DNA of 64,000 nt from Phycisphaeraceae bacterium (GTDB lineage Bacteria > Planctomycetota > Phycisphaerae > Phycisphaerales > Phycisphaeraceae), in the NCBI GenBank assembly GCA_963674705.1, contig OY771506.1:4096001-4160000 (forward strand), in the 5' to 3' direction. The notes beneath the pieces are model-generated. The model worked only from the letters and a program-made list of their open reading frames with translations. It was not told where the DNA came from and did no database searches. Within the stretch, counting starts at the first letter, position 1. Each line of letters begins with the position of its first letter. Below, piece by piece: positions 10,921-19,342 of the stretch. A program made the position numbers and the translations under genes.

Positions 10921-11499
10921 ATGAACGAATTCTTAGTAGTTGCGATATCAATTGTTTCGGCTTGGCTTGGATTATTTGTTATTACACCAAAGCTGTTCTG
11001 CAGTATCTCACGGCACACGTTGTGGAGGCTAAGAGATAAAATTGCTGATGCAATTATTGGGGAGGAAATTTCCAAGTCTCGAGCCGCATATCGTTTGCTT
11101 GATCGGGTAGAAACGCTCATCCTTCATGCGGATAAGTTAAAAGTGGGCACATTACTTTTTATGCCTGAACCTCCAAAACAATGGATAAAGGAAAGAGAAG
11201 CTCAAGATAAGAAATTTGTCAAGGAGCTTACTGATGGAGATGCAGATCAATTAAAGAAGTTTGAAGCAGAATTCCATATGCTCATGGCAACACATATGCT
11301 TGCCACAAGCCCATTTGGGTGGTTCATATTGATAACTACAATATTAGTAATCATACCAGTAGCGATTATTTGGCGCAGTTGTAGCGAAGCAATTCAATGG
11401 GCTCAATCCGAATTGCAAGGCTTAACGAGTAATAGATTTGATGTGGCGCTAGAAAAGCTTGGGGCTCATGGTAATCATGGTCTTGAGTCATGCAACTAA
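10921..11499 (+). CDS. Hypothetical membrane protein (N- and C-terminal TM segments)
   Basis: 192-aa ORF, G-rich RBS, two hydrophobic segments. Confidence 0.7.
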   Translation: MNEFLVVAISIVSAWLGLFVITPKLFCSISRHTLWRLRDKIADAIIGEEISKSRAAYRLLDRVETLILHADKLKVGTLLFMPEPPKQWIKEREAQDKKFVKELTDGDADQLKKFEAEFHMLMATHMLATSPFGWFILITTILVIIPVAIIWRSCSEAIQWAQSELQGLTSNRFDVALEKLGAHGNHGLESCN

Positions 11500-11629
11500 A
11501 GCAGGATGAGCACATTTTATGGTTGTTGGTACCCTACCCGCTTTATTACTCATATCAGGCTAGGTTTCACCAATGGTTATACTATGCCCCTAGTATCTAT
11601 CGTCGGTAATCTGGGCAGTAAATATGGAT

Positions 11630-11866
11630 TCAGCGCCGCTTCTTCTTCATCTGCACTTGAGGCAGCAGGTCTTCCGGCTGTGCTTCAAGAGCCCGACAAA
11701 GGTCCTCTAGGGTGTTCAATCGAACAACCCGTCCCGCACGCTCAATCAGACTGATATGTGTCCGGTGCAATCCTGCCGCATCCGCCAAATCTTCTTGAGA
11801 CATACCCTTGGCCTCCCGGGCCTGACGGACATTCTCACCAAACTCTCTGATAAACCGGGTGCTCAT
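11630..11866 (-). CDS. Xre HTH resembling restriction-modification controller (C) proteins
   Basis: FGENVRQAREAKGMSQEDLADAAGLHRTHISLIER closely follows the C-protein consensus. Confidence 0.8.
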   Translation of the reverse strand: MSTRFIREFGENVRQAREAKGMSQEDLADAAGLHRTHISLIERAGRVVRLNTLEDLCRALEAQPEDLLPQVQMKKKRR

Positions 11867-11887
11867 TGGTTAAAGAGCATCCGGGTT

Positions 11888-11925
11888 TGTAGACGATACG
11901 GCTACAGACAATGCGCAAAGTCTGT
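11888..11925 (-). promoter_or_regulatory. C-box-like operator
   Basis: Minus strand ACAGACTTTGCGCATTGTCTGTAGCCGTATCGTCTACA: two overlapping inverted repeats just upstream of the C-like gene. Confidence 0.55.
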
Positions 11926-11939
11926 CAAGGAATCGTCAA

Positions 11940-12509
11940 ATGGAATCAGAAGAATCAACCCAACTTGCTATCTACCGCAGGCAGCCGGTCGAACCAGCCG
12001 ATTTCGTCAATTTCTGGGCGGGGCAATACCATGACCCACGGGAGGATTTGTATGAAAACAACATTGGCCGGCCACTGACCCCCGAGAAGGTCAGACAGTT
12101 GTACTTATGGAAGGCGGGTGGGGCGTACAGGTCGAAGCAGCAGAAAGACACCGTCGAAACTAATTTCGTAGGGAGGTTGGATGAACTTGATCGCTTGTCA
12201 GACTCCATGACGCCTGGAGAATTCCTGTCCCGGTTCGACGGGGGCGGGGCGATCTGGCGAATCTTCTGGTTGCATTGCTGGAAGCCAGATGTGTATCCAA
12301 TCTTTGACCAGCATGTATGGCGGGCCCGTTGGTTCTTTGAGCATGGGTCGATTGATGAACTCGGAACCTACTCTGATAAGAAGAAGGTGTCTCTATATCT
12401 GAATTCTTATTTGACGTGGTGTACTTTGTTCGTGAATATGGATCAACGACAAGTAGATCGCTCATTGTGGGCTTGTGGAAAGTTTCTCAAGTCTTGGCTG
12501 CTGATGTAA
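11940..12509 (+). CDS. Hypothetical protein, HhH-GPD/DNA-glycosylase-like
   Basis: LWK..., GGGAIWRIFWLH..KPDVYPIFDQHVWRA and VDRSLW motifs. Confidence 0.6.
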   Translation: MESEESTQLAIYRRQPVEPADFVNFWAGQYHDPREDLYENNIGRPLTPEKVRQLYLWKAGGAYRSKQQKDTVETNFVGRLDELDRLSDSMTPGEFLSRFDGGGAIWRIFWLHCWKPDVYPIFDQHVWRARWFFEHGSIDELGTYSDKKKVSLYLNSYLTWCTLFVNMDQRQVDRSLWACGKFLKSWLLM

Positions 12510-12584
12510 GGTGATTCATGATCAATGGCAGCATGATTCAGCCCGAATTTACTATATCGAATTAATCAGATAGTAATTGAAATA

Positions 12585-13643
12585 CTATGTCGGTTTGCGT
12601 CCCGTTATTTGCTCATACTTGATGGGGTCTGAGAAGGTGACTTTAAGTTTGTCAATCCATGCCTGTGTATACAAATAGTCCTTATGCGGTGAATCGTACA
12701 CACAGTATTTTGATACTGTCTGCTCAGGTTTCTTTGATCCATATATCGGCCTGACCTTGAAATATTTCCACGCATCTGTATGTGTATTCATTGTAAATCG
12801 GTGAGGTATAGCCTCATTAACCTTCGGTACTACTTTCCCCGCCTTGTAGAGGTTTAGGTTAGCAATTGGAATATGTTTTTCCTTTATCAGAACATTGAGT
12901 CGTTCAAGACGCTTTAACTCTTCTTCGCTTTTCTCATCTACACGAAAGAACTCAACTGCCACATCAGCCGCGTTTTCTCGATTAGCAACTTTTGGAACCA
13001 AGAATACACTGAAAGAATATTTCATACTGGACAGTACTGCGCTAGGCAGATTCCCTCGAAATTTCTCAATGTAGTCGGATACCTTCTTAGCACTAGTTGT
13101 GGCAAGTGTTTGAGCTGCTTTTCGCTTTTCGGATGGGGTTGATCTACTGAATTGTAGTGATACTGCAAGTTGATCAAGCAAAGCATACTTCTGGCCGAAT
13201 TCTTGTACTAAAAGATCTTCAAGGTTTTGCAAAGCAGCTTGGCATTCCCCATACAGAGAAGCGTCTAATTCTGGTAGATGTCTGTGCTCGATCTTATTTC
13301 TTAAACCAATTAGGAATTCAAGGTTTTTTCGCTCAGCAGGATTATTACTGCCATAGTATTCATTAATACACTTGGATAGATCCCAATGCTTTGGATCACC
13401 GTCGATCTTCTCATATCGTATAGCGTTCCCTGAACCAGAACTGCGCCTCCGGTACCAAGGACGTTTACCAGTTTTATAGAAGATAGCATGAAATAATGCA
13501 GTCCATGCAATCACAATGAGAACCAGATACTGGGCTGTCCTAAACCTCTTGCCAGGTTTATTATAGACTTCAACCGCAGCTAAAGCCGCTTCTGTGCATT
13601 TCTCGACATTATCCTTGACCCTTTGAGGTAGTTTCTTGGACAT
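12585..13643 (-). CDS. DUF3644-type HEPN-domain protein (putative RNase)
   Basis: AALAAVEVYNKP...IAWT N-terminus and RxxxxH motif RNKIEH. Confidence 0.75.
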   Translation of the reverse strand: MSKKLPQRVKDNVEKCTEAALAAVEVYNKPGKRFRTAQYLVLIVIAWTALFHAIFYKTGKRPWYRRRSSGSGNAIRYEKIDGDPKHWDLSKCINEYYGSNNPAERKNLEFLIGLRNKIEHRHLPELDASLYGECQAALQNLEDLLVQEFGQKYALLDQLAVSLQFSRSTPSEKRKAAQTLATTSAKKVSDYIEKFRGNLPSAVLSSMKYSFSVFLVPKVANRENAADVAVEFFRVDEKSEEELKRLERLNVLIKEKHIPIANLNLYKAGKVVPKVNEAIPHRFTMNTHTDAWKYFKVRPIYGSKKPEQTVSKYCVYDSPHKDYLYTQAWIDKLKVTFSDPIKYEQITGRKPT

Positions 13644-13889
13644 GCTAATCCCCTAAATGTATAGACCATGAATTTGATATGACCCGGCACAGGATAGACG
13701 GGATCTATGAATAGATAATATCATGGTCAGAGACGGGCGTCATGGTTGTGCTTTATTCAAGCTAGTCACTTGCCCGACATCTATTCACTTGTCAAAGAAC
13801 TGCTTTCTCAGCCACAGTGGATCATAATTCCGCTGCCATTCACACTAAACACAAGTTCTGTCTAGGTTTAAGCCAACAACAACATCTTC

Positions 13890-13913
13890 CCCGGTTACAC
13901 TCCCGGCAGTAAC
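13890..13913 (-). repeat. Internal inverted pair of arm-type-like 12-mers
   Basis: Minus strand gttactgccggg-agtgtaaccggg, same motif as the element ends. Confidence 0.6.
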
Positions 13914-13934
13914 CGCGGTTCGATACCTCTCCCT

Positions 13935-15554
13935 CTAGCGAGGGGTGTTCGTCTGTGGGTGTGTAGATACTGAGGATGAATCTGTGACTGTGCCTATAAG
14001 TATCAAGGTGAGAGCTTGGTTTGCTTCACCGGGGATGTCTTCATCCGAGAGGTTGATTGTGTAGATGGTTCTGAATTCGCCTGCTCTGCTCGTGTCGAAG
14101 CGAGCAACGTAGTTCTTTGATGTGCCGGGTGAAAGACCTTTGAAGGTTGTTAAATCCGCAGACAGTACGGCGCTATCGCCCGAGCTAGTAATTGAATCAA
14201 GATCAAGATTGGCAGTGAATCCCGGTGTCTGTACGAGATTACAGATGTCAAACCCGATGTTGATTGCATCGCCGGATGGCACCGCACCAAAGTCTATGGT
14301 CAAGGTGTCCTTCTTGAACTGGGGGGAGAAAGATGCCACGGCATGGTCTAGAACCGTGAGACTAACCGTTATGACATCATTAGCATCTTCAGCACCATGG
14401 CCTTCACCGCTTGAAGTAGGATCAATATTGTCAATCGTGATCGTCCCGCTTCTTGCTCCCGCCTCTGTGGCTTCGGTGCTGAGTCCAGCAAGTAGCAGGT
14501 ATTTTTGTGGCCCCTCACTGAATGCATTGAATCGACCTGTGATGTTTGAATTCGCGACCCCGTCTGTAATGATGGCGAAGTAGGTTGGATTGTTACCCGT
14601 CTTCATGATCTCAATTGGCTGTGATGGTGGGACCGCCGCAACTGTGATGATTCTTCCAAGATCAACCTGTATCGTTGAACCGCCATCAGGTTTGGTTTGA
14701 CCAGCAACGGCGATCTGACTGTCGTTGTTACCTCCACCGTAGACTGCCCAAACATATTCAGGATGATCGATGTAAGCATTCCGGTTATTTTGATAGTACG
14801 ATGGATTTAGTTTTGAACTGTAGATCGTGTGATTGCGGCGTCGTTCAAAACAGTCTGGCGGGTCTTCATAATTCCACCGGATAAGTGTGTGTATGTCTCC
14901 CACCACACCCCGTGAGATATCCTCAAGTGTAGAGTCATAGCGTGTATCTGAGTAAAACAGTGATCTTGCGATATCGCCAATACGGACATCGCCCGGATAC
15001 CATGTTCCGCCAACTTGGATGCCAAATTCCCCCGATGATCCAAGATTACCGAAAAGTTTGCTGCCTCGTTCTTTGTTGGTAGCTGTGTCTGAGGGAAAAA
15101 GAGAAAATGCATCACCAAGATTACCAATCGTATCATTGAAAGCACTGCCTGGCTGCAATATCTCAGGCCAAACATGCTCACGGTTCCATGTATGGCCATT
15201 GTCCCAGCCATATTTAATAGAGGTCCGACTGTAAAGTAGGAGGATGTTACCGGGATTACTGGGGTCAGCATCAGATAAAGCACAGAAGAATCGGAAATCG
15301 CCATATTCCCTTTGGATATGGTCATCGCCCCCGCCAGGCACTCCATCTGGACCATAGGCCATTATCGAACTGAGATGCTTCTTAAGTGTTGCACCTTGGC
15401 CAGTAGCAATATCGTAATAGCCTGCCGGGGCATCATATTTTTCCGCTTGGCTCACTACTGATGAGAAATGAGTCAACAGGAATGATGTCATGAGGTAAGG
15501 CAATACTCGATTGCGATGATGTAATACATTGTTGTGCATCTTCAATTTCTCCAC
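13935..15554 (-). CDS. Secreted endonuclease I-family nuclease with C-terminal Ig-like domains
   Basis: Signal-like N-terminus, PAGYY, WNREHVWP, GDIARSLFY, ERRRNH...QNNRNAYIDHPE. Confidence 0.85.
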   Translation of the reverse strand: MEKLKMHNNVLHHRNRVLPYLMTSFLLTHFSSVVSQAEKYDAPAGYYDIATGQGATLKKHLSSIMAYGPDGVPGGGDDHIQREYGDFRFFCALSDADPSNPGNILLLYSRTSIKYGWDNGHTWNREHVWPEILQPGSAFNDTIGNLGDAFSLFPSDTATNKERGSKLFGNLGSSGEFGIQVGGTWYPGDVRIGDIARSLFYSDTRYDSTLEDISRGVVGDIHTLIRWNYEDPPDCFERRRNHTIYSSKLNPSYYQNNRNAYIDHPEYVWAVYGGGNNDSQIAVAGQTKPDGGSTIQVDLGRIITVAAVPPSQPIEIMKTGNNPTYFAIITDGVANSNITGRFNAFSEGPQKYLLLAGLSTEATEAGARSGTITIDNIDPTSSGEGHGAEDANDVITVSLTVLDHAVASFSPQFKKDTLTIDFGAVPSGDAINIGFDICNLVQTPGFTANLDLDSITSSGDSAVLSADLTTFKGLSPGTSKNYVARFDTSRAGEFRTIYTINLSDEDIPGEANQALTLILIGTVTDSSSVSTHPQTNTPR

Positions 15555-16178
15555 TTAGGTTTGTTCCTGGTCAATGATGTCGAGGTAGGGGGGTTCGTTT
15601 TGCAGATCCGGGTATTTGTGAAGGATGGCAAGCCCGATGTTGATGGCGACGTCTATGCGGCGGTCTTGCCGTGACTGTCGCAACTGTGATGTCAGAGCAG
15701 AAAGTTGCCGAACAAGTCGCCCATGATGACGGTCTGCCTTCTCTAAAGCATGAATGTCTGGCAGATAGGCCCGTTCTTCCCAATACTCGGGACGAGCATC
15801 CATCTCGCCACGCTCCATCTCACGGAACGCACGTCGGTTGGCTGCTTCATGGGCCTGCTTGGTTGTGTTGCGGCGGTATGCACTAACACGCTTCATCAGC
15901 CACATGACCTCTCCAATCTCCTCCACGATTTGATGCTCAAACCCATCCTGCGGATTGAAGTGTTCGACCACACCAGCAAGGTGCGTATTCCAGGCTTCGG
16001 GTGTCTCACCGAGGTGTGAAAGAATGATCTCCTTACTATCCAATCCATGACGGACAGCGTTCTTGGAACTGATCGCCTTACCTTCGGGGGTAATGGCGCC
16101 GGTAGGTAGCTGGGGGCCATCGTCTTCCTCTAGGTCAATACTGGCCGCGATTTCTGGATTGATTTTGACTCGTTTCAT
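15555..16178 (-). CDS. Element protein with GxxTxEGKxxSxxNAxRHG motif (possible small-terminase/packaging-related)
   Basis: GAITPEGKAISSKNAVRHGL; AGGAGA RBS before ATG 16178. Confidence 0.6.
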   Translation of the reverse strand: MKRVKINPEIAASIDLEEDDGPQLPTGAITPEGKAISSKNAVRHGLDSKEIILSHLGETPEAWNTHLAGVVEHFNPQDGFEHQIVEEIGEVMWLMKRVSAYRRNTTKQAHEAANRRAFREMERGEMDARPEYWEERAYLPDIHALEKADRHHGRLVRQLSALTSQLRQSRQDRRIDVAINIGLAILHKYPDLQNEPPYLDIIDQEQT

Positions 16179-16193
16179 GATGCGTCTCCTAAA

Positions 16194-16223
16194 CCCACGC
16201 CAGTCTGTTAAGACTGGCGTGGG
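16194..16223 (-). terminator. Perfect 13-bp hairpin (terminator/attenuator)
   Basis: cccacgccagtct-gtta-agactggcgtggg immediately upstream of the next RBS. Confidence 0.5.
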
Positions 16224-16326
16224 GACTAGTGTGACTTGCGAGCTTGCGTGCTGTGAGGTTTGTCGATCAGACGGGGTTGATGCCGTGCTGGTCCAACAAA
16301 CCGTCTCAGACGCTAAGCTCGCTGGT

Positions 16327-17133
16327 TCAAGCCAGTGGTGCAGGCGATGCGAGGCCATGCAGCGTCAGAGCCGTCTTCAGATCGGGAGCATTTTGGGGAA
16401 GCTCGCCGATCAGTACGTTTAGCTCGCTGATCGCGCTGATAACAGCGGGTTCACCCTGTTCATCTTCTGCCCACCGGGTGCTGATGTGCATTTGGCGTGC
16501 TGCGATAATCAGGTTGAACTTCGCCGTGTCGAGATAGCTAGCCGCACTTCGTAGGTTCTTGAAGACCTCAGGTTGCTGAGATTCTCGCCACAATGCTGTA
16601 GCATTCCTAATGTCTTCGGCGCTGAACATCGACTCTTGAACAACCAGTGGCAAATTGTGGTAGGCCCTGATTATCGACGGATCGCCACTACCAGCAGCAG
16701 CAAGCAGAAGATCACGGCGAATGCGGTATGCAGTTTCGGCATCCTTGTCATGGGTGGCCTGATCCAATAATCCAGCAATTGCGGAGTGCTGGAAGTAGCG
16801 ATTCATGACAGCGGGAACTTCAAGCGACACCGGGGGCAGGGGGGCGGTTGCTTTCGACACACCATCCTTTGTGTGATGCTTGACGAACCGAACCTCGGAC
16901 TGGCTAAGGTCGAGGAATTGCGGATAGGCCTTGTCCTCAATCGCCTGCCGAGCCTCTGCTTGTGCAGCGGGCCTGAACCGAGAGTTAACGTGATCTCTCT
17001 CGGCTACCACGCGGCTGACCATCGCGTCAAGTGCTTTGTTCAGATCGTCGATTCGCCGGTCATACTGGGGAGAGGCGTCGCCTTGAATGAAGCCCAGACG
17101 GTGAGCTTCGACTAAATTTGGTAGTGCGGACAT
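16327..17133 (-). CDS. Hypothetical helical protein of the element
   Basis: 268-aa ORF with AAGGA RBS. Confidence 0.7.
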   Translation of the reverse strand: MSALPNLVEAHRLGFIQGDASPQYDRRIDDLNKALDAMVSRVVAERDHVNSRFRPAAQAEARQAIEDKAYPQFLDLSQSEVRFVKHHTKDGVSKATAPLPPVSLEVPAVMNRYFQHSAIAGLLDQATHDKDAETAYRIRRDLLLAAAGSGDPSIIRAYHNLPLVVQESMFSAEDIRNATALWRESQQPEVFKNLRSAASYLDTAKFNLIIAARQMHISTRWAEDEQGEPAVISAISELNVLIGELPQNAPDLKTALTLHGLASPAPLA

Positions 17134-17176
17134 AGTTTTCCTTTCAAGTTAAATATGCGCTCTATGCGCAAGGTTA

Positions 17177-18022
17177 TTAATCATCGAATACTCGAACCCG
17201 CTTGCTCTTTTTCTTTCTCTTCTTCTTGTTTCTGAGCTGTTTTGCCTTTGCTAGAGCCCATTCTGGATCTTTTAGCGCCTTCCCAGCGATACCACCTAGA
17301 GAGTCGTCGAAGTCACGACGCTCCTTCCGATACTCAAGCCAACGCAGTATCTTTCTGGCAGCAGCGACACCGTGCTCTTCGCAAATGGCGGCCAATTGCC
17401 TGCGAGCCCAACTTCGTTTTGTGACCCCGAATGAATAGGCCCGTGAGGCCAACTCATCCAAGGTTGAATCAGATGGGTTGTAATCACCAAGGCGTTCTAC
17501 GAATTCATCGTCGGAGATCTCTCCAGTCTCAGAATCGATTCCAGACCGTACACCACTACCATCACAAAAAAAAGATTTATCTTTATGGTTATATGAATCT
17601 GTTCTTGATGATGTTCGGTCCCGACCTGGCGGGATATGTGCGCCCGGCTCAGCGGGATATGCCACCCGGCTACGCGGGATATCCCGCTTGGGACGCCCAT
17701 GTTTATTCGGGGGCGGGATTTTAAGTTTTCGACGGGTAGATCGGCCAGGTCCACCAGGCTCGATCACAACAAAGTCACCTACTTCACGTAAGGACTTTAA
17801 TGATTCTGAAACTGTTGACCGCGATACACCAGCATACTCAGAGATCTTGGATACAGACGGGTAGGCAATCCCATCGTGCCAATCAATACAGAACAGCAGT
17901 ACGAGCCAAACCTTGGCCGCTGAACCACTGGTGTGTCTGAGCCTTTCTTTTACGAACTCCGCTAAAATATCGTAAAGAAGAAATCTTTTTGTTGTTTCAT
18001 TCTTGTTGGGCGTATATGACAT
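17177..18022 (-). CDS. Phage-type replication initiator (N-terminal winged HTH)
   Basis: KVWLVL...AYPSVSKISEYAGVSRSTVSESLKSL; internal iterons and AT tract. Confidence 0.7.
   Translation of the reverse strand: MSYTPNKNETTKRFLLYDILAEFVKERLRHTSGSAAKVWLVLLFCIDWHDGIAYPSVSKISEYAGVSRSTVSESLKSLREVGDFVVIEPGGPGRSTRRKLKIPPPNKHGRPKRDIPRSRVAYPAEPGAHIPPGRDRTSSRTDSYNHKDKSFFCDGSGVRSGIDSETGEISDDEFVERLGDYNPSDSTLDELASRAYSFGVTKRSWARRQLAAICEEHGVAAARKILRWLEYRKERRDFDDSLGGIAGKALKDPEWALAKAKQLRNKKKRKKKSKRVRVFDD
17565..17686. promoter_or_regulatory. Putative replication origin inside rep
   Basis: GCGGGATAT at 17629, 17652 and 17674 (23/22-bp spacing) next to an AT-rich tract at ~17565-17610. Confidence 0.6.
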
Positions 18023-18076
18023 TATTGCGTCCTTGTTTGCCCGGGCGGACGGCGCCAACTATCCGCCCGGGCATTT

Positions 18077-18391
18077 TTAATTGTTGATGTTCCAGTTAAT
18101 GAATCCGTAGCGAGCAGCACGATTCCCTACGGCGGGTTCGATTCGCTTTAAAATCTCATAGTCACTCAATTCAAATAGACCTTTCTGTACACTTTCGAGA
18201 GTCAACCCGGTGAGTTGACGAAGCCTCTCTAACGACGCGGTGAACTCGCCTGTGGCATGATCAACAAGACCCAATCCAACGAGGTAGACCTTTAGGCCCC
18301 CTTTACTAAATCGAGGCAATGGCTGACCGTGTAGATAGGCTTGTTGTTTCTTGGTATCCCTGTGTGGTTTCAATTTAGCTGATGTTGGCAT
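18077..18391 (-). CDS. Small winged-HTH protein
   Basis: LKVYLV...TASLERLRQLTGLTLESVQKGLFEL. Confidence 0.65.
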   Translation of the reverse strand: MPTSAKLKPHRDTKKQQAYLHGQPLPRFSKGGLKVYLVGLGLVDHATGEFTASLERLRQLTGLTLESVQKGLFELSDYEILKRIEPAVGNRAARYGFINWNINN

Positions 18392-18402
18392 TGGTAAGTT
18401 TC

Positions 18403-18618
18403 CTAGATGCAATTCCCAAGGTTGTTTGTGAGCCAATCCTCTAATTCTCTTACGGGTAGAAGGACACGACGCCCGACCCGCACGGTCGGAATGCCAGAGT
18501 CACGACTTGCGATGATTTCGTTGAGCTTTCTTGGAGAGAGACCTAGGCTCTCGGCTGCCTCGGTTGGTGACAATGCCAATCGCTTGATTTGCTCATTTGA
18601 TTGGGCCTCCGTTCTCAT
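18403..18618 (-). CDS. Excisionase-like HTH (HTH_17)
   Basis: LSPTEAAESLGLS...IPTVRVGRRVLLPVRELEDWL. Confidence 0.85.
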   Translation of the reverse strand: MRTEAQSNEQIKRLALSPTEAAESLGLSPRKLNEIIASRDSGIPTVRVGRRVLLPVRELEDWLTNNLGNCI

Positions 18619-18878
18619 ACTCCACCTCCCCCTCCCGCAGCACGGCGCTCAGCGTCTGCTAGCTGATCTGCAAAAGCTAGAATCCACTCAGCGGTTGTGT
18701 GGATACGACGACCAATACGAACTGATTTGAGAAATATCCGTTGGCCATCAGCGGCCATAAATCCAGTCTTTGTCCAAGCAACAACAGTTTGTGGATGCAC
18801 CGAATTGGGCAAAAGAGTGACAGCCTCATTGATAGATATCAATCGGGCTAGAACGTCATTTGCGGGTTGTGCTGTCAT
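18615..18878 (-). CDS. DUF1580-type HTH protein
   Basis: LISINEAVTLLP..VHPQTVVAWTKTG...LKSVRIGRRIHTTAEWILAF. Confidence 0.75.
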   Translation of the reverse strand: MTAQPANDVLARLISINEAVTLLPNSVHPQTVVAWTKTGFMAADGQRIFLKSVRIGRRIHTTAEWILAFADQLADAERRAAGGGGGV

Positions 18879-18899
18879 ATCATCGCGTCCTGCCAATAG

Positions 18900-18934
18900 A
18901 AAAAACGACGTAATCAAAAAGATTGATTACGTCG
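18900..18934 (-). terminator. Intrinsic terminator in the leader of the xis/rep operon
   Basis: Perfect 12-bp stem cgacgtaatcaa/ttgattacgtcg followed by T6 on the minus strand, ~22 nt before ATG 18878. Confidence 0.7.
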
Positions 18935-18963
18935 CGTTTAGGCAGTAGCGCGATTATCACTTC

Positions 18964-19060
18964 CTTGCATGCGGTGTTTTGATCACCGATCGCAACGGAC
19001 GACTCCGCCGACGGCCTCACATGCAAGTGAGAGACGACTCATTCACTCTTTCATGAGTCG
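18964..19060 (-). ncRNA. Candidate multi-stem leader RNA (CI/C4-like)
   Basis: Closing stem 18964-18971/19020-19027 with internal hairpins; hairpin 19035-19060; TTGACA upstream at 19100-19105 (minus strand). Confidence 0.5.
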
Positions 19061-19260
19061 GATTAATTGTGAATATATTTAAACACAAACTATGATCGAT
19101 GTCAAATAAGCATTGCCAGTTCTGTATAACCTGAATGAAACACGGCATTATCATAGACAGACAGATACACCGTAGAAAATAAGCGTAATCAATCTAACAT
19201 TTCTACAAACATACAGCGAGGCCATCAGCAATATAGCACTGGGTTGTATTTGATTGTATG

Positions 19261-19284
19261 CTTACTGCCGGGGCTACTGCCGGT
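19261..19284 (+). repeat. Putative arm-type sites, right arm (2 x 12 bp)
   Basis: cttactgccggg / gctactgccggt, ~58 bp inside attR. Confidence 0.7.
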
Positions 19285-19342
19285 GCGGGCATCATTACTC
19301 ACATAACCGAACGTGTAATATATGGTTGTCCAAACAGGTCGT

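Noticed and set aside
11506..11629. Restriction endonuclease downstream of the C-like gene
   Set aside because: All three minus-strand frames close within a few codons
13914..13934. GGTTCGA T-loop-like sequence beside the internal arm sites as a third att core
   Set aside because: Only ~7 nt match the tRNA; not distinguishable from chance
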